Source: Octopus sinensis
Lineage: Eukaryota
Direction of reading: 5' to 3'
NCBI RefSeq assembly: GCF_006345805.1
Contig: NC_043003.1
Span: forward strand, 17,360,001 to 17,424,000
Length of the DNA stretch: 64,000 nt
In this document: in pieces, positions 54,119 through 64,000 of the stretch
Layout: each line of letters begins with the position of its first letter
Numbering within the stretch: the stretch's first letter is position 1
Translations under genes and position numbers: made by a program
Notes under the pieces: model-generated
Told to the model about the DNA's origin: nothing
Seen by the model: only the letters and a program-made list of their open reading frames with translations
Database searches by the model: none

Positions 54119-56049
54119 GTATAGACTTCATGCTAAGTTTTTACCCCTACTGCCTCTTCTGATCATTTCCTTAAAAACTGTGTTCAGAAGTTTTACAAAC
54201 CATTGGTTTTTGATATACTGTTTTTGCTGATCTTAATTGTATATCTTTAAAAAAAAAATTCTATACTTGAAAATGTCTACACACTAAAACCCTGATCTAA
54301 TTTTCTCAAGGAGCATCTTTCTCAGTGTTTTATGTATATCCCTAATGCTAATGAGCTGCTAGAGAAATACAGGATATACGTAATAATCTACTGAACTATT
54401 TCTATTTTACTTAATATTCATTTGATTCTTTTTGCAGTTTTGCAGTATTGAATCAAAATGTGACGAGAAATTAATTGTACTAACAGTATTAATTCTTTTC
54501 TAATTTAGATTGTGAATTGATAAAGGGCAAGATAAACAAAACAAATATGTGGAACGATATATATTTATTATATGATATCGTTCTTTAAATAATATAACTA
54601 GGAACACTTACATAGGTATTAAACAAATAGTTTATATCTATAATTTTAAAATATAACGAAAATCTATGGAAACTGAAATAATAGTCATATCACTTAAATG
54701 TTTCTGTCAAAAATAAATACGAAATTTATTAAATGAAAAAGCCGAAATTCTTCCAACAAACGATATAAAACAATATGTTTTATGACTTATTAGTTATATA
54801 CACTGCTTCTCTTAACTTAACAAACTTTTATCATTACTAATTAGAATAAAATAGCAAAGTATTTTTGGATTACATATACATGTACATGCTTCTGTTATAG
54901 TAAGTTTATATATAATGCATTCTTACATGATCATCACTTTGTATACATCAATCCATGCTAGCATGGTTTTGGATGGATCACACAGTATTTTTCCCCTTGG
55001 TGCATTCTCTCATCATCTAGTTACATGCTGCAACAGAGAAAACGGGGTCATCTCTGAAGTCATGAATGCAGTTATTTTTGGAATGTTTTTGATGGCTGGA
55101 TGTCCTTCATATCATCAATCACTTTACGGTGTGGACTAGGTGCATTATATCTTGCCACCAGAATTAGTGAGGTTGTCTGAAGTGAATCAAAAGAATCCTC
55201 TCTAGATTGTTCATTCCTTTCATTTTTTTTTTGTTTTTGTTTATTTGATACAATTTTTTTTAGCTGGATTCACATCCTCTCAGCTTCACACTTCACAGTG
55301 TGGCTGGTGTATCATATCACACAGCCAGTAGGAGACATGTTGTCTGTGGTGGAATTTAAAGAGTATGCTATGCACTTCCATCATTTGCTCCTTTTTATTT
55401 TGGCAGAATTTCTTACAGATATATGCCCTTTCTATCACCAACCACCTGACGGTGAAGACTGGGAGAATTTTATCACGCTACTGGCATTAGAGCCAGTATC
55501 TGTGCCAGGATCCCCACTTGACTTTTAGTTATTCAAAGTTACTACTAGGTGGGTGTGTTTGGAGTACCTAACCTTGTAGGGAGGACATGTTCACAACAGC
55601 CATGTATTTCTTTAAGCAGTGAGAGATGTAACCATCAAGGGACTGATCGTGGCAGTTGACCTCTGGGGTAAATACTGCTTTTGTTATGTATGTAGGTAGT
55701 AAATAACATACAAAGACTATCTGAGAATAAAACTGATTCTGGGAATTGAAAGCAGATATACAGAAAAGAAAGCAAAGAGTCATGATTTTATAAGTTAGGA
55801 CCAAAACTGTGTCATTGATCAAGATGACCATGAAAGTGCTGCAGCATGGCAACAGCCACTTGGCTGAAATGAATAAAAGAATAACTTTTAAATCAAAAAA
55901 TATATAAGTAAAAATAAAAGAATTATTTGGAAAATATAATACTGAGCTAGTTTTCTCTTACGTGTTAACATATGAAAGCAATATTTAATTAACATCTATG
56001 ATTCATTTATTATAATATGATATAACATATTTTAGTCGTGAGTACTGAT

Positions 56050-56280
56050 TAAAACAAGTAAAAGATATATATATATATATAGATAGATATATATATATAC
56101 ATACATACCTATACAACAGGCTTCTTTCAGTTTCTGTTTACCAAATCCACTAACAAGGCTTTGGTCAACCCAAGGTTATAGTAGAAGACACTTGCCCAAG
56201 GTGCCACACAGTGGAACTGAACCCGGAACCATGTGGCTGGTAAGCAATCTATCTACCACACAGCCACTCCTGCACCTATG
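56050..56280 (-). mobile_element. SINE family B, 5' half
   Basis: ggcttctttcagtttc ... cagccactcctgcacctat. Confidence 0.8.
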
Positions 56281-56744
56281 CTATACATATGCACTTTAAA
56301 TGTGTCTATGCGTAAGATCAGAAGCCTGTGATGTGTTCATTCATTCAAACGAAACAAAGAAGAAATAAGTAAACTTCAAGTCCCCAACTATAAAATTGGT
56401 GGCAGCAGGCCATGGGCATTGAGCTAATGGTGCTGGTGTTCACATACTATCAGGATAAGTTAAGACATGATACAGAGCCAAAATCTGAAATGATGATTTC
56501 TAATTTTGACACCTTACACCAATAAAATGTGGAGAGTCATTTAACCATTTTGGAAGCCTCCTGCATTCTCAAACAAGCTGAGGTGTCTTGAATTCATCTT
56601 GTGACACTGGATATAGTATGTAGGAATGAGAAGGTAGATTGATGTGTGCACACATTATTTTCACCAGAAAAAATACGTATGATAATCTCAAATCTACTTA
56701 GACCATCATCATAGTTGATGGGCAAACTATCAATGACAAGTGGG

Positions 56745-56787
56745 TGTGTATGTATATGTATATATATATATCAATGTATGTATGTAT

Positions 56788-56834
<47 letters not shown>

Positions 56835-56931
56835 ATATTTATATATATCTGCATATATATATACATATATAAAAGCATTCATTTTCATCATTCAACATTT
56901 ACATACATACATATATACATACATATATATA

Positions 56932-56967
<36 letters not shown>

Positions 56968-57095
56968 CACATGCACACATATATATATATATATACATAC
57001 ATATACATATATATATATACACACACACATATATATATATATACACACACATATATATATATGTGTGTGTATATGCATATATATGTGTATAATGT
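56745..57095. repeat. (TA)n/(CA)n/(TG)n compound microsatellite
   Basis: Directly visible. Confidence 0.9.
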
Positions 57096-57924
57096 GTTTG
57101 GTATATGTTTATACAGCTCCTGAAGTTGTTTGGACGGTCTGTAATTTTTTAATTTTAAACTTTCTAGGCAGATAAAATAGCTAAACATTTATATTTAAAT
57201 ATATTTAAATGGTAACCCAAAATAACTCTATACATAGCCCTTTACCTGGAGTGTGGGTTGGTCTGAGCATGTTTCATAGCTGTTTGCAACTGATATGTAT
57301 AATACATTAATGGAAAGTACTCCTTTAACTGGTACTGATTTTGCCTTACTTCATATATTTTTATATATAAAAGACAAATCAGGGAAACTTTGGTAAGCTG
57401 ATTCTCTGAGCGAACCTTTTTCATATATTGCCTTTTATAGCATGAGAAATTCTTTATCCTAATCTTCTACATGATATGGTTAGATATACTAGGAACAGAA
57501 AGGCAGACAAAACTATATTAGATTGTAGCTCGTCAATGTTAACTCAAATAATGTCCTTGATAGGTATTTTCTGAAACTTCATTTCATGTTAAAATATTAT
57601 TTAAATTTCTTCCTAATAGTTAATACAGCTAACACACTTGTTTTTTTCTTTTGATTTATATTGGGGTAAAAGCAGAAAAATAATGACTGAATAATTAACT
57701 GAAATTAGTTAAATGTGATATTAATTAATTTTACAAACTATATATTAAAATTAATTGACATCGGGAAAACCAAAAGTGTACATTTTGCATATTTAATGAA
57801 ATAGCTTTAATAACAAAGAGTAAGAACTGTGTTTTAAGCCTAGAATTATTTATCTTTATGTAACTTATTTGGCTTATTCATAAATTAAGCATTATTTAAT
57901 AAATTTTTCTAAAGGCATTAAGCT

Positions 57925-58130
57925 GAATTGAAAGAGTGTCAGAAAAATTGCTTTACAATATTTCCTCTGACTCTTTACATTTTGAATTCAAATCTTGCTA
58001 AATTCAACTTTGCCTTTCATCCTTTCAGGGTCAAAAAAATAAAGTAGGAGTCAAGCACTGGGGTTGATTGATTTTACTAAATTCCTCCCCTTAAAATTGC
58101 TGGCCTTATGTTTAAATTAAAAACAGTTAT
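57925..58130 (+). mobile_element. SINE-like family A, degenerate
   Basis: caactttgcctttcatcctttcagggtc. Confidence 0.55.
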
Positions 58131-59203
58131 TTAATATAGGATTTAAGATTAGTTCTACTTTTTCACTACTGTAGGATTCTAAATATGGAAATTATATATA
58201 TTTAGAAAATTATGATTATAATTATGATTTAGAAACTATCATATTTTTAATTTTTGAAAATTATGATGTATGTTCTCACATTATGATCTGCAGCCTAATA
58301 TAATTAAATGTTAAATGACTTGAGAATTTTACTTTTCTAAATTTTAACCGAAATATCATATGCATGATCGCTTTGTGAAAATCTGTATTTTTGTGCTTAT
58401 TTTGCCGTATAGAGCATGGTGTTTTGAGTTTCTTAAACAAATCATGAATTTTTTGATGTAACACTTTTTCCTTGTTTTATTTGTACCTTTATCATATTTT
58501 CTCATGTTCAAGATTTTGAAAGTAGAGAATATAATCTTTAGTAATATTAAATAATTTCTTTAAAACATTATGCAAATTCCTTTTCATGCAAAAAATTAAT
58601 CTCTGCCCTGTAGCTCACCAGATTTTTTCCTCAGTTTTCAGTTAAATTAGTATTTTATAACCAAATTGTAATTTCTCTTTATTTACTTGCTCAGCTGCTG
58701 GTTAAGTTGACCTGTTAAGGGTACTTCCTTAACACTGATGGGGGGACAAAGATCAAAACATTACAGCTGGAGTTTTAATACATTAAAAAAAAATCACAAA
58801 TATAAATTTTCATATGAATAATTGAGCATTTAATATTTCTTTTGTCCAGACTCAAGACCAGAGCACAAAACAATGTGCATTGTCAATTGACTGCCCTGTA
58901 GTTTATCATAAGTTTTTTTATGGTTTTTTATAGATAAATGGTGACGTCAGTCCCAGAATTAATTTTACTCTCTTAAGAATAATTCCAAACTAGATAAATA
59001 TAAACATTTGCAGAGTGTTGGTAAATGTACCCATCCAATTACAGAATAATTCTAATGGATAATATATTTCGTTGTGCGTGGGAGGGGCTCTCATTAAATT
59101 AACTATATTAAACTCAAATTATATTATATTATATTATATTAATCAAAGCAACCTTCAAATATTCAGGAACTTATAAACATTATTACAAATTAATAAAACT
59201 CTC

Positions 59204-59281
<78 letters not shown>

Positions 59282-59317
59282 ATGGAATAATTACTATGAA
59301 GCATTGTGTAGAATATA

Positions 59318-59734
59318 TTGTATAAAAGATTGTGGGTAAGGCCAAAATAATGCGAAATAAATGCAAGGTAAATCTCAAGTAAACAGATATGTGAATTAAT
59401 GTAGACTTACCTTGTATTCAATATTTCGGGGTTACGACTCCATTTTCAAGAAATTGACGAATGTTGCCAATGTGCATGTGTGGAGTGGACATGCACAGAA
59501 GGGTGTTGCTATAAGGGTGTTACAAGAAACTAGCTGGTTGCTATAGCAACACCCTTCTGCGCATGTCCACTCCACATACACTCACATACATGCACATCGG
59601 CAAAATTCATCAATTTCTTGAAGATGGGTTCATAGACCCCGAAATATTGAATACAAGATAAGTCTACATTAAATCACATATCTGTTTTCTTGCATTTGCT
59701 TCGCATTGTTTTGGCCTTACCCACAATCTTTTAT

Positions 59735-59738
<4 letters not shown>
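59318..59738. mobile_element. Large palindromic element (~200-bp inverted arms, ~28-bp spacer) flanked by (TA)n
   Basis: ttgtataaaagattgtgggtaaggcc ... ggccttacccacaatcttttatacaa. Confidence 0.85.
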
Positions 59739-59778
<40 letters not shown>

Positions 59779-60684
59779 TATATATAAAAACAAAATAAGC
59801 AACAAAGATATCCAAGGTAGTGTAGTACAATCGTTTCATGCTACTATATATATATAAATAGATAGATAAATATCAAATTATGCGTGAAAATTATCAAAAT
59901 ATTTTTAGCTTATGAATTCAGTTTACATTTATTTTAATGAGAAATTTTAGCTATTATATTTAAAAAAATACATTTATGCATTTATTTATGATTAAATCTC
60001 ATACAAATTTAATAATCCTATGAATATTTTAAAAGAAGGTCTTCATATTGTTACTAAATTTAAGCTTCTCTAACTGCTCATTAACATAATCTAAATGTGT
60101 GATTACTTTTGATGATTCGTAATTTTATGAAGATCTTCATTTAAAATATTAGTAACTGAAATGTTTACTGTAATACATAATCTTATTAGCATTTCTTAAA
60201 TTCTCCAAAACACTGAAGAATCTACCAGTGAAATTCATAAATGTCATTACAAACGAAATAATACCTTAGCTAAGAGATTAAAATATATATCAGAATTTAT
60301 ATCTTAATGTATCATAAATTTAAAATGCTTTTGTTTATAGAGAAAAACAATATAAGAAAAAATTGGAAGAAAATATTCAAATCTTATTTGTTATCCAAAT
60401 TTTCGGATTATAACTTTACACCTTATTCAATGGAGGCATACTGTGGTGCTATGCATTTCGGTTCAACTATAATTTAGGGATGTAATAAGCATTATTAATC
60501 CCTCTGTAATATTAATAGAAAAGAGAATAAGCAGAGAAAGGAAAGAGTATGAAAAACATAGCTTCTAATTAATATTTTAAAAGTTCCTGTATCGTTCTTG
60601 TTTAGAAATATTTCTATTTTCTGATATTAAACCGCAGAGATATAGAAATGCTATAAGATAGGACATAAAAAATAAATGTTTCAA

Positions 60685-60730
60685 TCGATATATATTTATT
60701 TATATATATATGCATATATCTATATACCTT

Positions 60731-60770
<40 letters not shown>

Positions 60771-60794
60771 TATACATATATACATATCTGTATC

Positions 60795-60826
<32 letters not shown>

Positions 60827-60905
60827 TATAATACATATATATTACATATGTAATATATATATAATATACATAATATGATATATAATATATATATATATAT
60901 ATATA
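60685..60905. repeat. (TA)n-rich microsatellite
   Basis: Directly visible. Confidence 0.9.
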
Positions 60906-61160
60906 TGCACGATAAACATTTAATTATAAAAAATATATATGAAGATATTAATCTAGTTATTGGAAATTCTAGTTTGTTATGATACTCAAGTAAAGTAAAT
61001 ATTTATCATAATTTTAAGATCACTTAAAAAAGAAAAAAACCCTAAATTAATATCCACAAATGATAAACTTAACCCCACTCACATTTGGAAGACATTCAGT
61101 GCTTACATAATACCTTATCTCTATACATTCTATAAATACTTTAAAATGTGTTTTTCAAAG

Positions 61161-61355
61161 ATGATGATCAGTGATCAAAGTGATGAATATATCCTTAACA
61201 ACCACAGCAACTACAATTCTACAGAAAATCTTTGGCTCGACCGACATTCCACATGGGTACATTCCAATTGGAAACATTCCACAAGGATACATTCCACAGG
61301 AATACATTCCACTGGGATACATTCCACGGGGATTTACACCAGGTTTTCGGGACTT
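61161..61355 (+). CDS. Candidate alternative twitchin exon (65 aa, HSTGI pentapeptide repeats)
   Basis: gtgtttttcaaag| 195 nt CTT|gtaagt; phase 0/0; only frame 0 is open from this acceptor; repeat variation is mostly synonymous in this frame. Confidence 0.55.
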
Positions 61356-61792
61356 GTAAGTAATAATTACTTTAAAAAAATCAGATCGAAGTTAATGGAT
61401 TTAAGTAGCTCTGTATCCAATTCCTATTTGGGTTAAGGTTTTATGTTCAAAGCTGAACTTATCTGTCCAGAAACTCTTAACATAATATTTCATAAAAGTT
61501 ATATTTGTTAATGATTTCATTGTGATGACAATGTTATTTAAGATGGGAATTTTCTCAGGTACATGTTGAAAAGTTATGTAAATGTGGTTGTGTGTATGTA
61601 TGTCTCTGAGGTATGCATATGTCTTTGTATGTATGTGAGCAAGTGTTAAGATTTTTTATTATATTTAAAGATTTAAGCAGTTTCACAGTTTACACTGATT
61701 TTCAAGTTGAGACAGAAAGATGTGGTTTATGCTGCAACATATATATATATATCAGTTATATATATATATCAGTGTATGTGTGTGTGTGTGAA

Positions 61793-61794
<2 letters not shown>

Positions 61795-61837
<43 letters not shown>
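61795..61837. repeat. (AG)n microsatellite
   Basis: Directly visible. Confidence 0.9.
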
Positions 61838-61840
<3 letters not shown>

Positions 61841-64000
61841 TGTGCATGTCTAAGAGCAAAATGCTATGAATTAGTATCATTGTCCAGACAAATTATTTTT
61901 ATGTCCAACAAATAGCTTTTTTTATTATTATTTTTCATTGGGTATTTTATGCTTTAGAAGTCCTTAATAGATTCTCTGAAACTTTCTAAAACTGTCATTT
62001 CTCTTAAATCATCTCGATGTTGAATGATGATGACACATATTGAAATAAAAAATGCCAAGTTTAAACATTACTCTAACTTATACTTAAATGATAGTTAATC
62101 ATAATTACCAGTGTATAGATCAATATTTTTACTGGTTGATTATTGAAGCTTGCGGTATATATAGATGACAAAATAATTTGATTGAATTTAAGAGTTTTCA
62201 AATTGGGGAATTTACACATTGTAAATTTGAGTATAAATTGAACATAATTATATATATATATACACATCTATATTGAAATAGATATTTAAAAATTTAAATA
62301 TTATACTGCAAGTATAAGTTTAGTTAAAAGAATGCAGATAAGTTACAATTTTCTTAGTAAAACAAAATACTTATTTTACCAGTATTTTGTTATGGTTTAA
62401 ACTATGCTTATTAACCCATAGGAGTCACTATCTCTATGCCATTGGAAATCAACAAGATTCCTATAAAATAATAACCAAATCTATGATTCAATACTTAATG
62501 TTTGAAGTAGGTATTTCACCACTGCCTTAGTTTGTATATAAATGAAACAGTTACCCTACTGAAAACAAAACAGTGATATAAAATTAGTTTGTAAAATAAA
62601 TAAGGCACTAACATTAACAACTATAAAAAGGAGGATATATAATTAGACAGTTAAGGATAGATTTACCCTTGTTTGCTAATTGTTAAAGTTTGTTAGAGAC
62701 AATATAAATTGAAATTATAATTTTGTTTCAGCAGTTATGTATCATTTGTGTTGATTGCACACTGATGTCACGAAAAAAAAAACACATATTATTGAACACT
62801 TAATAATAATTGCTGCATGTTTCCTGTCAATAGTTCGCTTCGTCACTACTAATCTCATTAATATTTGTCATTCCGCAGTGGTAACTTAGTAATGTAGCAG
62901 TTTTCTAAAACCAATAGAAAAAAAAATTGTTATTTAGTTGATCAAATTCCTAACACTATTATGAATAGTGGTATTATAATTAACATGATGAACATGAACA
63001 TTATATCATCACTGTCTTATCACCAGTGTCTTTTCATAAACATCATCATAATGACATCCATCGAATCATCATGCTTTTTTAATATTGTCATCATCATCAT
63101 CATCACAAACATCATATTAAGTTACAATGAAAAGAATCAGAATATTTCTGACTATTGATAATAATAATTGTTTCTCAATAATATATATGTTTATTTCCAA
63201 TTGGATGCATATATATATATATATATATATATATACTAGTGATTTATCTAGAGTTTCTTTTAAACCAGTTCCAGAATATTGGAGAACTTTAGCCTACTTA
63301 TGAAAATATCTTAAAACTATATATATATATCTGAATGTAGTTTTATGTCTGAGTTGATTTATAATATTTATACAGAGTAGAAAGGAAAGAATAAAATCAA
63401 AGTATTTGATTTTAAATTGTTTCATAATCAAAAAATATATGATAAAATATTGGCTTTCCTTAAGACTGTAATACTTTCTACAAATTTCATTATATATTCG
63501 TTTATTATTCTTTTTGTTAATGTTATTGGAAAAATATATATTTTAAGATGGATGCATCTGAAGCATCATATTTTTTTAATTAATTATCTTTGAAAAAAAA
63601 AGTTATATATTTATTTGCCTTTAAGAAGTAATATATTGTTTCTGTTCTTAGCAAAATATATATTTAAAATAATAAATGATAACTACAATGTTTTGTTTCC
63701 TTTTCAGAAATGTAATTCTGTTTTAGACTGTTTTTAATATAATTTTCTATTATTTTGGGCTTCTATATATGGGATAGTGTAGTAACATTGAAATAATTTA
63801 TTGGATTAATTTATCAATAATTCTTGTACTTATATATGTGTGTGTACTAAATGAAAAGGAAATAAACTGATGACCAAAAGATGGAAATGTTCCATCGTGA
63901 CTACAAGCATAACTAACTAAAAGAACGGTAGCAATGGGATTGAGATATTGATACAAATAATTTCTTTGGTTTTAATTTGAAGCAGAATAATGAAAATACA

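Noticed and set aside
54855-54899. 45-nt phase 0/0 segment before a gtaagt donor
   Set aside because: Acceptor lacks a pyrimidine tract and the composition is intron-like
61244-61333. CRISPR-like appearance of short conserved repeats with variable intervals
   Set aside because: Eukaryotic intron, 15-bp period with no real spacers, no cas genes
61171-61359. Alternative frame of the 15-bp repeat giving IPxGY pentapeptides (acceptor at 61224)
   Set aside because: Would be phase 0/2, and the repeat variation is non-synonymous in this frame; the HSTGI frame fits better
62961-63158. Ile-rich ORF
   Set aside because: Degenerate (ATC)n tract with no splice support

Overview
AT-rich, intron-dominated animal genomic DNA. 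The repeat landscape and the kinase sequence point to a coleoid cephalopod, most likely Octopus (inference). The window holds part of one giant + strand gene, twitchin (unc-22/projectin family). I traced 36 GT-AG exons from 590 to 41874 that splice into one open frame of 5846 nt (~1949 aa): Fn3 and Ig modules ending Ig-Ig-Fn-Fn-Ig-Ig-Fn, the N-terminal kinase linker, and the complete catalytic kinase domain up to ...HAWLK. The exon for the C-terminal autoinhibitory tail is not visible in the remaining 22 kb. In that interval I found two frame-preserving (phase 0/0) candidate cassette exons: 54080-54118 (VFEEEVQNTDRGK) and 61161-61355 (65 aa with HSTGI pentapeptide repeats whose variation is largely synonymous). 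Either would insert between the kinase and its autoinhibitory tail, and this is the most interesting signal. Introns are packed with tRNA-derived SINEs, RTE/CR1/R4 LINE 3' fragments, piggyBac- and pogo-like MITEs, Penelope-like termini with hammerhead-like motifs, a 420-bp palindrome, and a 21-bp minisatellite that copies the adjacent 5' splice site. Exon boundaries were read by hand; repeat boundaries and family names are approximate and need Dfam/Repbase checks.
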